This document shows positions 8,657 through 17,463 of a stretch of DNA of 25,707 bases, piece by piece. The notes beneath the pieces are model-generated. The model saw only the letters and a program-made list of their open reading frames with translations. It was not told the origin of the DNA and made no database searches. Position numbers and translations under genes: made by a program. Source of the DNA: Candidatus Acetothermia bacterium (GTDB lineage: Bacteria > Bipolaricaulota > Bipolaricaulia > M55B111); the NCBI GenBank assembly GCA_046543235.1, contig JBKGZT010000016.1:1-25707 (forward strand). Direction: 5' to 3'. The stretch's first letter is position 1; each line of letters begins with the position of its first letter.

Positions 8657-10168
8657 CTACTGTTCTGAATCAATACCTCCCTCTTCAAGTTCCTCTGCTT
8701 CTAGAGTATCCGCGCCGCGCTTGGGATAGTTCTGTACCCTTCGCTGGTCCATCGCCCTCAAGGTTTCCGTAAACGCTTCCTTTATCCTGGCGATATCCTC
8801 CAGGGTGAGCGGGCTGTAATCCAATTGCCCGTCCTCGATCTTGTTGTCTATTTGTTCTTCCACCATTTCCTTCAGCCTCTGGCCGCTGTCCTCCAGCGTG
8901 TGTGATGCGGCTTCAACCGGATCGGCCAGAGCAATGATGGCTGTTTCTTTCGTCCTCGGCAACCTGCCCTCGTACCGAAAATCGCCCTCCGGGAACTCCA
9001 CATCGTCCCGGTGTTCCCTGAGTGCCTTCAGGTAGAAGTATCTTATCAGGGAGGTTCCGTGGTGGGTGGGAATGAATTCCAGGACGTCGTCCCTGAGCCC
9101 GTAGTTCTTGCCCAGTTGTATTCCCTGGTTTATGTGGGAGGTGAGAACTATCTTGCTCATGGATGGAGTCAGGTCGTCGTGGGGATTTGAATCCTCGGAC
9201 TGGTTTTCTATGAAGAAGTCAGGCCGAACCATCTTACCTATATCGTGGTAGTAGCCGCCCACTTTGGTAATCAGGGGGTCCGCACCGATCGCTCGGGCCG
9301 CGTTTTCCCCCAGGCTGGCGATGTTCTGGCTGTGGTGATAGGTACCCGGTGTCTCGGTTCTTAACTTTTCCATGAGCGGATGGGAGGGATTGAGGAGTTC
9401 CATTAGCCCTATCGGGCTGGTTATCTGGGTTATCCTCTCCGCCAGTGGAACCGCTGCCGCTATAAACAGGGCGCTGGTCAGGCCGTTCAGCCCAGCCCAG
9501 GTGTAGTTGGTCCAGTCCAGATTCGTTATAAAGGGAGTCGATAGCTCTGGAAACCGGAAGGCGAAAACCAGGACCATGTTGACCAGACCGACGGATATCC
9601 CGATATTTGTCAGATCGGAAATTCTTCCTATGTCCTTGGTTTCCAGTATCCCAACCAGTCCTCCTACGAAGGCGACCATCGTCGGACCGATTACACCGTT
9701 GAACCCAAGCTGTACCCCTATGGCCACGGCCAGAAAGAGGTTTATGCTCAGCCCCGTCTCGAAGTCTATAAACAGGGCTATCATGGACGTAGCGAACGCG
9801 ACCGGTACCAGGTAAAGGGAGACAAGAGCCGATCCTTTGATGGTCAGAAGCAGGAAGAGCGTAATTCCGAGAAGGAAGAATACCTTTCTGCGGTCATCGG
9901 GTAGTTTCTTTTTCCTTATAGAAATGTAAGAAGCTACGGTGAGGGCGGAAATTGCTATCACGAGAGCGCCGGCGAGTGCCTCCTTCCAGGAGAGAAAGGT
10001 GAAGAAGGGTTCGTTCATCCTGAAGTTAAAGGTAAACAGGAAGGATATAAACAGAAGATATCCGATCGAGAATAGCCCCTCCTTTGCGTTCTCGCTCAGT
10101 AACCTCTCAATCGTAAGGCCGATGAGACCTTCCGACTCACCGGCGTTATTTCTGTTTTTCTTGTTCAT
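8657..10168 (-). CDS. 7TM-HD (HDIG) phosphohydrolase, PgpH/YqfF-like putative c-di-AMP phosphodiesterase
   Basis: A multi-TM region followed by PGTYHHS, YYHDIGK, FFIENQ, HHGTS and LADPVEAA. It overlaps the 3' end of phoH, as in the known phoH-7TM/HD gene order. Confidence 0.9.
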   Translation of the reverse strand: MNKKNRNNAGESEGLIGLTIERLLSENAKEGLFSIGYLLFISFLFTFNFRMNEPFFTFLSWKEALAGALVIAISALTVASYISIRKKKLPDDRRKVFFLLGITLFLLLTIKGSALVSLYLVPVAFATSMIALFIDFETGLSINLFLAVAIGVQLGFNGVIGPTMVAFVGGLVGILETKDIGRISDLTNIGISVGLVNMVLVFAFRFPELSTPFITNLDWTNYTWAGLNGLTSALFIAAAVPLAERITQITSPIGLMELLNPSHPLMEKLRTETPGTYHHSQNIASLGENAARAIGADPLITKVGGYYHDIGKMVRPDFFIENQSEDSNPHDDLTPSMSKIVLTSHINQGIQLGKNYGLRDDVLEFIPTHHGTSLIRYFYLKALREHRDDVEFPEGDFRYEGRLPRTKETAIIALADPVEAASHTLEDSGQRLKEMVEEQIDNKIEDGQLDYSPLTLEDIARIKEAFTETLRAMDQRRVQNYPKRGADTLEAEELEEGGIDSEQ

Positions 10169-11120
10169 AAGCCTCGATTATTTCTTTGACGAGGTCGTGC
10201 CTTACCACGTCGGCTTTATCCAGGTAGATGAACTCGATGCCCGGGATGTCCTCCAGGAAACGCCTGTCGTGGCTGAGACCGGAGGCGTCTTGCTTGAGGT
10301 CTATCTGGGTTATATCGCCGGTTATTACTGCCTTTGAATCAAAACCCAACCTGGTTAAAAACATCTTCAGCTGGGTCGAGGTCGTGTTTTGTGCCTCGTC
10401 GAGGATCACGAAAGAGTTATTTAGCGTTCTGCCCCTCATGAAAGCAAGCGGAGCGATTTCTATCCTACCCTCTTCCTTCAACCTCTCGAATTCCTCGCCC
10501 GGGATCATATCGTAGATCGCGTCGTAGAGCGGTCGCAGGTAGGGGTTGACCTTGGCCTGCATATCGCCGGGCAGAAAGCCCAGCTCCTCCCCGGCTTCTA
10601 CCGCCGGCCTCGTCAGGATCATGCGCTTGACCTTGCCTTTCTTGAGGAACTCTATTCCCATGGCCACCGCCAGGTACGTCTTGCCAGTACCGGCAGGTCC
10701 TATACAGAATACGATGTCTTTTTCTCGGATCGCTTCCACGTACTTTTTCTGGTTCAGGGATTTCGGCTTGATCTGCTCTCCCCAGTAAGTAGTCTGGATT
10801 ACGTCCGATAGGACCCCTTCCAGTTCCCCTTCGTCACCTTCTTTCACCATCTGGGCCAGTTTCTTCACTTCTTCCAGCTTGGGGGACTGGCCGTCTTCTA
10901 TCATTTCCAGCAGCTCGTCGAAGAGGGCCCGTACCTGTTCTACTTCCTCACTTTCTCCCTTGATCTTGATAACTCCGTCCCGGACTATGATTTGTGGGTT
11001 AAAGTTGTCCCGAATGTAATTCAGGTTCTTGTTGTACTGCCCCAGCAAAGTAACTGTCTGATCGTGGTCCCTCAGAGTTAACTCCCTTTCGATTTCTCTT
11101 ACGTTGCTGATGTTTATCAC
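10146..11120 (-). CDS. phoH: PhoH-family ATPase (YbeZ-like)
   Basis: GPAGTGKTYLA, LTRPAVEAGE.LGFLPGD, IEIAPLAFMRGRTL, ILDEAQN, GDITQIDL and DVVRH. The start codon is uncertain (see findings). Confidence 0.96.
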   Translation of the reverse strand: MINISNVREIERELTLRDHDQTVTLLGQYNKNLNYIRDNFNPQIIVRDGVIKIKGESEEVEQVRALFDELLEMIEDGQSPKLEEVKKLAQMVKEGDEGELEGVLSDVIQTTYWGEQIKPKSLNQKKYVEAIREKDIVFCIGPAGTGKTYLAVAMGIEFLKKGKVKRMILTRPAVEAGEELGFLPGDMQAKVNPYLRPLYDAIYDMIPGEEFERLKEEGRIEIAPLAFMRGRTLNNSFVILDEAQNTTSTQLKMFLTRLGFDSKAVITGDITQIDLKQDASGLSHDRRFLEDIPGIEFIYLDKADVVRHDLVKEIIEAYEQEKQK

Positions 11121-11233
11121 TCCTCAGCGAGATGAGCTCGGGATGAGTTTCCCCGGATCCAACTGGTTCTCCGGCCCTCTTCTTCCGGTCAGGATTTCAG
11201 TCAATTGGTTTGAGGACTGCCCTCGTTTCCCTT

Positions 11234-12598
11234 TTAATCAGCATTCCGACTCCCCTCGAGGGGCTTTACCCTTTTGTTCCGTTTCCTCTCGTCCCTCCCG
11301 GCCGGCCCGGCGACGTTGAAGTTCTCCTTTGCCTCTTCCAACCTCACTTGTAGCGTGTCGCCGGAAACGTAACCTTCGGGTCGATTCTCCTCCGGTAAAT
11401 GGATATCCAGGTAGTGCCGGGAATATCCCCTCCAGCCGTCGAGTTTGTTGCTTTGCTCCTCCAGCACCAATTCGATTTTTTCCCCTTCGAATTCTTCCCG
11501 TCTGGCCTGACTGACCCGTGAGACGAGTTTACTCAGCTCTTTTACGCGTTCCTTTTTTCGGGAAGAGTGAACCCCGTCCTCATATTGGGCAGCTGGAGTT
11601 ACCTCCCGGGGAGTATAACGAAAGACGTGGGCATTTATAAAGCCGACGTGCTTTACGAGGTCCTTTGTCTTTTTGAAGTCCATTTCTTCTTCCCCGGGAA
11701 AACCGACCATGAGGTCCGTGCCAAAAGTGGGGCTAGCCAGTTCTTCACTTATTAACCTTATCTTATCCAGATAAAGCTCCCTTGTATAATTCCTATTCAT
11801 GGAGCTCAGCACTCGGTTGGACCCGGATTGTAGTGGTACGTGAAAGTAAGGACATGTCTTTTGAGACTGCGCAAAGACCTCTATTAGTTCCGGCGTAATT
11901 CCGGAAGGGTTTAACGAGCTCAGCCTTATTCGATGGATTTCCCCGACCCCTGTGAGTTTCTCTAGCAGACCCGGCAGTTTCAACCCCTTTCCATCGTACT
12001 CGGCGAGGTTTATCCCGGTAAGTACTATCTCCTCGAAACCGTTTTCTCCGAGGTTTCTGGCTTCTGTTACAACTTCTTCGGGAGATTTGCTCCTGGTTGG
12101 GCCTCTGAGATAACGTATCTTGCAGAAAGAACAATCGTTGCTGCAGCCGTCCTGGATCTTCAGGAAAGCCCTGGTGTGGGAACTATCCCGGGAGATCTTT
12201 CTGCTGTCCAGATCCCAATTGATACCCTTCCGGTTGGAGACCTTTCCCCTGTGGCCTCTTTGTGCCACGTCCAGGATTCGGGGGAACTCGTACTTATGAG
12301 AGTTTGGAAATATCAGGTCGACCCCGTCGATATCGGCTATTTCCCGCGAATCCAGCGTCGCGTAACAGCCGGTAACCAGAGTGAGTTCGCCTCTCCTCAC
12401 GGCCTTGCGGATGTATTTTCTAGATTTCCTGTCAGCGCCGGTGGTTACGCTACATGTGTTGATAACGAAGATGTCCGCCTCCTCCCGAAACGGGACCGTT
12501 TCGTAACGGTTTTCTCCCTTCAGGGATTCTTTCATTACCTCCGTGTCGTACTGGTTCGCTTTACAGCCCAGTGTGTAAAAAGCTACGTTGGTGGACAT
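11234..12598 (-). CDS. mtaB: tRNA t6A37 methylthiotransferase MtaB (radical SAM)
   Basis: UPF0004 cysteines in TLGCKANQYD, NTCSVT and TGCYA. Radical-SAM CSNDCSFC within RAFLKIQDGC, plus EIVLTGINL and HVFRYTPR..T.AA. Start placed at ATG 12598 to avoid a long overlap with the upstream gene. Confidence 0.92.
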   Translation of the reverse strand: MSTNVAFYTLGCKANQYDTEVMKESLKGENRYETVPFREEADIFVINTCSVTTGADRKSRKYIRKAVRRGELTLVTGCYATLDSREIADIDGVDLIFPNSHKYEFPRILDVAQRGHRGKVSNRKGINWDLDSRKISRDSSHTRAFLKIQDGCSNDCSFCKIRYLRGPTRSKSPEEVVTEARNLGENGFEEIVLTGINLAEYDGKGLKLPGLLEKLTGVGEIHRIRLSSLNPSGITPELIEVFAQSQKTCPYFHVPLQSGSNRVLSSMNRNYTRELYLDKIRLISEELASPTFGTDLMVGFPGEEEMDFKKTKDLVKHVGFINAHVFRYTPREVTPAAQYEDGVHSSRKKERVKELSKLVSRVSQARREEFEGEKIELVLEEQSNKLDGWRGYSRHYLDIHLPEENRPEGYVSGDTLQVRLEEAKENFNVAGPAGRDERKRNKRVKPLEGSRNAD

Positions 12599-12632
12599 TT
12601 TGAGTGTGATCAAGTGGGGTTCCGGAGAGGCA

Positions 12633-13166
12633 TCAGGCGCCGATCGGTTCTTCTCCTTCGTGCCTTTCGACCTCGAACCTTTTGAGCTGGAAGTCCCCTT
12701 CACGGGGTGATATGCCGGCCTTTTTCTTGGTGACCTCCAACTGTTTCTCGGTTGAATCCACCCCGTCGAGATCCGGAAGAAGGAGGCCGGACTTGGCGCC
12801 TTTTTCGACCATTATTCCGTATTTTTCGGGATTCAGGTCTTCGACGGCACAGGGCTTTGGTTCCGTTAGGACGTCTACGGATACGATGAGTTCGGAAAGC
12901 TCGCTTTTCTCAACCGGTGGGAACCGGGGGTCGTCCAGAGCTGCCGAGGAGGCGTTGCGTACTATTTCCTCGCCGAGCGATTTGGTTGCCGGGGTGTAAG
13001 TACCTATGCAGCCCCGCAGGTCGCGTCCGTACCTCTTCAAGGTCACGAAGACGCCCCTACGCCTGTCCGGGAGCCGTTCTTTCAACTCCTCCACACCATC
13101 GACCTGTTCACCCGTAACAGCCTGTCTGACTGCTTTTTTGGCCAATTTTACGTGATCGTCTTCCAT
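12633..13166 (-). CDS. amrA: AMMECR1-domain protein (AmmeMemoRadiSam system protein A)
   Basis: GVFVTL, LRGCIGT, AALDDPRFPPV, SVDVL, GLLLPDL.GV and KKAGI. Confidence 0.93.
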   Translation of the reverse strand: MEDDHVKLAKKAVRQAVTGEQVDGVEELKERLPDRRRGVFVTLKRYGRDLRGCIGTYTPATKSLGEEIVRNASSAALDDPRFPPVEKSELSELIVSVDVLTEPKPCAVEDLNPEKYGIMVEKGAKSGLLLPDLDGVDSTEKQLEVTKKKAGISPREGDFQLKRFEVERHEGEEPIGA

Positions 13167-13174
13167 ATCACCTT

Positions 13175-13203
13175 ATTATAGACCGAGAAAGCTTCTTATT
13201 CAA
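13175..13203 (-). promoter_or_regulatory. Sigma70-type promoter of the amrA-mtaB-phoH-HD operon
   Basis: Minus strand reads TTGAAT (13203-13198), 17 nt, TATAAT (13180-13175). Confidence 0.7.
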
Positions 13204-13229
13204 AGCTAGGACGGCAACCGGTTGGATTC

Positions 13230-13258
13230 TTGACTTGTAGGGTGGTATGCGTTATGTT
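13230..13258 (+). promoter_or_regulatory. Sigma70-type promoter of LCP-rsfS (divergent)
   Basis: TTGACT (13230-13235), 17 nt, TATGTT (13253-13258). Confidence 0.5.
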
Positions 13259-13273
13259 AAGCTTGATACCGAG

Positions 13274-14467
13274 ATGAAATGGAAGATAGCAGTATCAGTC
13301 GTATTGATCGTCCTGGTTATTGGATCCGGGATCGGCATATACGTTCTCAACCAGCGAAACGTCAACGAGCTGGTGAAACAGGGTGAGAAAGTTAATTTAC
13401 TCGTACTGGGGATAGACCACATCGAAGGAACCCAGGCCAGACGCAGTGACACGATGATGGTCGCCAGTATAGATCCCGAAAACAACAGGGCGAGTCTGGT
13501 TTCGATTCCCCGGGATTTGTACGTCAAGTATCCTGATGGCAAGTTCAGGAGAATAAACGCGGCGTACGCGATCGACGGGGCAGACCTTGCTACGGAAATG
13601 GTCTCCAACTTCCTCGGGGTACCCCTGGATTTTCACATGGTCGTGGACTACGAGGGTTTCAGAGAAATAGTTGACCTGATGGGGGGAGTCGAGATAACGG
13701 TTGACGAACGCCTCCAGTACACGGACGAAGCTGCCGGACTAAACATCGACATAGAGCCGGGTAAGCAGACGCTCGACGGCCAGGAAGCCATGGGGTACGT
13801 AAGGTATCGGGCTGATCAGAGCGACCTCCAGCGGATCAGTCGGCAGCAGAAGTTCCTCAATGCTCTCCTGCAGGGTGGTGTACAGATGGAAGGTTGGTCC
13901 CAGGTCAAAAGCCTGATTGACACGGGCCGAAAGTACGCAGAGACAAACCTTTCTCTGATGGATATGTACGACCTGGGAAGGACCGTTCAGAACCTGGAGA
14001 TGGACGACTTCGAAATGGCTACCCTCTCCGGGAAACCGGAAAGGGTGGACAACAAGTCCGTCCTTTTGCCGCAGATCGTCGAGGCCAGGAGAGTGGTGGC
14101 TCAGGAGATAAACGGTCTGAGGGTCAAGAGCAAAGCCGACGAGGGAATTTATATCTTGAACGGCGAGGGCTCCAATTACCTGGCCAGGAATGCCGCCGAC
14201 AGGTTAACCGAGCTCGGTTTTTCGGTGACGGGGACGGACAACGCGGATCGCTTTGATTACGAAACGAGCTACCTCGTAGTTCTAAACGATCAAGAGGAAG
14301 AAATGGCCGACTCGGTGAGCCAGGAGTTGGACTTTAGCCACGAGGTCGTGCGGGAGGAGAACTTCCAGGATACCATGGCCGCCCTGGAGGGCTCCGGCGT
14401 TAGCCTCCCGGGAGGAACTAACTTATTGCTGATTATGGGTGAGGGATCTCCGGATTTTGTCTCCTGA
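13274..14467 (+). CDS. LCP (LytR-CpsA-Psr) family protein with a C-terminal LytR_C domain
   Basis: N-terminal TM, NLLVLGID, RSDTMM, SIPRDLYV, RINAAY, YVRYR and RISRQQKF. C-terminal ILNGEG...LA...L...GF.V..T.NA. ATG 13274 preferred because ATG 13247 falls inside the promoter spacer. Confidence 0.93.
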   Translation: MKWKIAVSVVLIVLVIGSGIGIYVLNQRNVNELVKQGEKVNLLVLGIDHIEGTQARRSDTMMVASIDPENNRASLVSIPRDLYVKYPDGKFRRINAAYAIDGADLATEMVSNFLGVPLDFHMVVDYEGFREIVDLMGGVEITVDERLQYTDEAAGLNIDIEPGKQTLDGQEAMGYVRYRADQSDLQRISRQQKFLNALLQGGVQMEGWSQVKSLIDTGRKYAETNLSLMDMYDLGRTVQNLEMDDFEMATLSGKPERVDNKSVLLPQIVEARRVVAQEINGLRVKSKADEGIYILNGEGSNYLARNAADRLTELGFSVTGTDNADRFDYETSYLVVLNDQEEEMADSVSQELDFSHEVVREENFQDTMAALEGSGVSLPGGTNLLLIMGEGSPDFVS

Positions 14468-14813
14468 AGCAGAAGCAATAGAAGACATACGTAATATATT
14501 GGAAATCATCGAGGATAAAAAGGGAGAAAGGGTCAGGATACTGGATATGAGGGACCACTCCCTGGCTACTAGCTTCTTTGTCCTGGCCGATGGAACTAAC
14601 CCTAAGCACGTCAGGGCCATTGCCGAGAACCTGGAAGAAGAGTTTGACGACCAGCCCCTCGGAAAGGAGGGCTTGGACGATGGTAGCTGGGTGGCGCTCG
14701 ACTACGGAGAGATAATGGTCCACGTATTTGACGAAGAGGTCAGGGACTTCTACGATCTCGACGATTTATGGGTGGATCGAGAGTTCTCCCTTGAGAAGGC
14801 AAAGAAGGCGTAA
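14457..14813 (+). CDS. rsfS: Ribosome silencing factor RsfS (Iojap)
   Basis: DKKG, FVLADG, WVALDYG, VHVF and R.FYDL..LW. TTG at 14457 or GTG at 14439 are both possible starts. Confidence 0.95.
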   Translation: MSPEAEAIEDIRNILEIIEDKKGERVRILDMRDHSLATSFFVLADGTNPKHVRAIAENLEEEFDDQPLGKEGLDDGSWVALDYGEIMVHVFDEEVRDFYDLDDLWVDREFSLEKAKKA

Positions 14814-14847
14814 GGCCTTGCACCCGCCCCCTCCCTATCCTATTCGA

Positions 14848-15396
14848 TTAATTCTGAAAGCTGTCCTTGATTAGCTTCTTGTTGCGGTAGAGGTAGTCTA
14901 TTCCGGAGACCAGAGCCGCACCGACGGCGAAGTAAACGAGCGGGAGGATCGTTGCTTCCAACCACCCCAGGTTGAACTCTAGGTTCAACGTCAAGGCGAC
15001 GATCAGGGTTATATGGGAGACGGTCTTTACTTTTCCCAGCCAGCTTGCCGAAATTACCCTTTCTTCAGTCGTTCCCAGCAACCTGATCCCCGTCACGATG
15101 AACCCCCGTGCTATGATTATCACAACTGGAACCGCGGCTATCGCGTCCAGCTGAATAAAGGTTATAAGGATACCTGCGACGAGAAGCTTGTCGGCTATTG
15201 GATCTGCGAACTTTCCGAAGGGGCTTATCTGGTCCCTCTTCCTTGCGATGTATCCGTCGACGAAGTCGGTGAGGGATGCGAGCAGGAAGAGCGCCAGCGC
15301 CGCCAGGTGGGCACCGACCAGGAGGAGAAAGATCACGAAAGGGACGGAAACGATCCTGAATAGGGTAAGTATGTTTGGTATGTTGTTGTTTTCCAC
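14848..15396 (-). CDS. pgsA: CDP-diacylglycerol--glycerol-3-phosphate 3-phosphatidyltransferase
   Basis: NIPNILTLFRI, CDP-alcohol motif TDFVDGYIAR...FGKFADPIADK, and SASWLGKVKT. GTG at 15396 follows GGAGG. Confidence 0.93.
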   Translation of the reverse strand: MENNNIPNILTLFRIVSVPFVIFLLLVGAHLAALALFLLASLTDFVDGYIARKRDQISPFGKFADPIADKLLVAGILITFIQLDAIAAVPVVIIIARGFIVTGIRLLGTTEERVISASWLGKVKTVSHITLIVALTLNLEFNLGWLEATILPLVYFAVGAALVSGIDYLYRNKKLIKDSFQN

Positions 15397-15501
15397 CCTG
15401 CTCCCGACCTCCTGCCAGAACCCTGGCAATTAATTAGGAAATCCCGTCAAATATAAGTCATTTGGTTCCCATTTGCCAGTATCCAGTTGTCTGTGCCCTG
15501 C

Positions 15502-15552
15502 TTGTCATCGGTTGGAGCCTTGCTTATACTGTCATAGAAATTTTGCTATAAC
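15502..15552 (+). promoter_or_regulatory. cysS promoter(s)
   Basis: TTGTCA (15502-15507), 17 nt, TATACT (15525-15530). A second extended -10-like TGCTATAAC lies at 15544-15552. Confidence 0.55.
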
Positions 15553-15652
15553 TCTTTGGTCCAATCGGAAGAAGAGATTAGTTAGCGATTATTGAGTGAG
15601 CGAGTCTTTTGGAGCAATATAAGCGAAAATCCAAATGTCAGGGTGCTAACCG

Positions 15653-17080
15653 ATGCTTGAGTTACAAAACTCGATGAGCGGGGAGAAGGAACGGTTCGAA
15701 CCGCTGGAAGAAGGGAAGGTCAGGTTCTATAGTTGTGGTCCGACCGTTTACGATTACTTCCACATCGGAAATGCCAGACCTTTCATCGTCTTTGACGGTC
15801 TGAGGCGGTATCTCGAATACAAGGGGTACGACGTTGAGTTTACCCAGAACGTGACGGATCTGGACGATAAGATAATCGACAGGGCAGACGAAGAAGGGGT
15901 AGAGCCGGAGGAACTGGCTGAGAAGTACGCCGAGGCTTACTTTGAAGACCTGGAGAGGCTGGGGGTCGAGGAAGCCGACCACCGCCCCCGGGTGACCGAA
16001 TACGTGGATAGAATCATCGAGCACGTAGAAGCCCTTGTCGATAAGGGTTACGGCTACGAGGTGGATGGGAACGTCTACTTTCGGGTAAGGGAATTCGAGG
16101 ATTACGGCAAGCTATCCGGCAGGTCCGTCGACGACCTGGACAGCGGGTCCCGGGTGGAGGTAAACGAAGAAAAAGAGGACCCGCTTGATTTTGCACTCTG
16201 GAAGAAATCAGGGCCGGACGAACCCAGCTGGGACAGTCCCTGGGGGCAGGGGCGTCCCGGGTGGCATATAGAATGTTCGGTCATGGCTCAGGGGACGCTT
16301 GGCGATACGATAGATATACACGCCGGGGGACAGGATCTTATCTTTCCCCACCACGAAAACGAGATTGCCCAGTCCGAGGCCCGAACCGGGAAACCGTTCG
16401 CTCGTTACTGGCTCCACAACGGTCTCCTCCGCTTCGAAGGGGAGAAGATGTCCAAGTCGCTCGGGAATTTCGAGTACGCAAGGGATGTCCTCGAGGATTA
16501 CGATAGCGAAACGATCAGGTACTTCTACTTCTCGACGCATTACCGAAAGCCGTTGAACTTCAGCAAGAAAAACCTCGAGGATGCAGCGAGTGCCGTGGAC
16601 AGGGTCTACGAATTCTACGACGCGGCGGAATCCGTTCCGGACCTGAATTCGACGGGTGAGTCACCGAAGACGGAAGAGGGTGAGGAGTTCCGGAAATACG
16701 TGGAATCGGCGGACGACCGATATCAGGAGGAAATGGATAAGGACTTCAATACCTCTGGTGGACTCGGAATAATATTTGATCTGATCAAGGAAGCGAACAG
16801 GTTCCGCGACGAGGGGCCGACGGAAGACGCCTTCCTTATACGAGCGGCGGCGGATAAGGTGAAAGAGCTTGCCCGCCCTCTTGGGCTATTTCAGGGAGAG
16901 GAAAGGAGACGGCTGGAAGGAATGGAAGAGGAATTACTCGATCTCCTGCTGGAGGTAAGAGGCGAGTTGAGAGAGGGCGAGCACTGGGAACTTGCGGATC
17001 GGATACGATCGGAATTGAAAGGTATGGGGATAGAGATCAAGGATCAGGAAGAGGGGACGAACTGGCGGGTTAGTTCTTGA
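15653..17080 (+). CDS. cysS: Cysteine--tRNA ligase
   Basis: CGPTVY, HIGNAR, DFALWK, GRPGWHIECS, DLIFPHHENE, KMSKS, DFNT and ADRIR..L. Confidence 0.98.
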   Translation: MLELQNSMSGEKERFEPLEEGKVRFYSCGPTVYDYFHIGNARPFIVFDGLRRYLEYKGYDVEFTQNVTDLDDKIIDRADEEGVEPEELAEKYAEAYFEDLERLGVEEADHRPRVTEYVDRIIEHVEALVDKGYGYEVDGNVYFRVREFEDYGKLSGRSVDDLDSGSRVEVNEEKEDPLDFALWKKSGPDEPSWDSPWGQGRPGWHIECSVMAQGTLGDTIDIHAGGQDLIFPHHENEIAQSEARTGKPFARYWLHNGLLRFEGEKMSKSLGNFEYARDVLEDYDSETIRYFYFSTHYRKPLNFSKKNLEDAASAVDRVYEFYDAAESVPDLNSTGESPKTEEGEEFRKYVESADDRYQEEMDKDFNTSGGLGIIFDLIKEANRFRDEGPTEDAFLIRAAADKVKELARPLGLFQGEERRRLEGMEEELLDLLLEVRGELREGEHWELADRIRSELKGMGIEIKDQEEGTNWRVSS

Positions 17081-17139
17081 AATTTTTAAATCCCAATATT
17101 TCATTGAGCTTTCGGGTTTAACTAACAGGTGATAGAAAT

Positions 17140-17427
17140 ATGAGCAAAGTTGAAGCCTATTTGAAGGTATCCGACGTTGCCCAGTACACAGGGTTGAAGG
17201 CGGAGGCGGTCAGGGAATTAATCGACGATGGAGAACTGGAGGCGCTGGAGCTGAACGGACAGACGAAGGTACGAAAATCGGAGGTCGACCGCTGGCTGGA
17301 CGAGCAGGTAAATAGGGACGCTCTGCTCGATCTGGTGGAGAAGGTAGAGGAGGACGTCGGCACCGAAGAGGTGGCCTCCGCCCTTGACATGGAAGTGGAT
17401 GAGTTAGAGGAGCGGATGGACGATTAG
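17140..17427 (+). CDS. Small excisionase-like (HTH_17) DNA-binding domain protein
   Basis: YLKVSDVAQYTGL...VRELIDDGELEA......KVRKSEVDRWL fits the Xis-like HTH pattern. SD is AGGTGA. Confidence 0.85.
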   Translation: MSKVEAYLKVSDVAQYTGLKAEAVRELIDDGELEALELNGQTKVRKSEVDRWLDEQVNRDALLDLVEKVEEDVGTEEVASALDMEVDELEERMDD

Positions 17428-17463
17428 ACAAAAAGTTTTGGCCTAGACGGGGACTAACAAACA

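Noticed and set aside
15530..15652. T-box leader for cysS
   Set aside because: The leader is short and has neither the T-box consensus (AAnnnGGGTGGnACC) nor a terminator.
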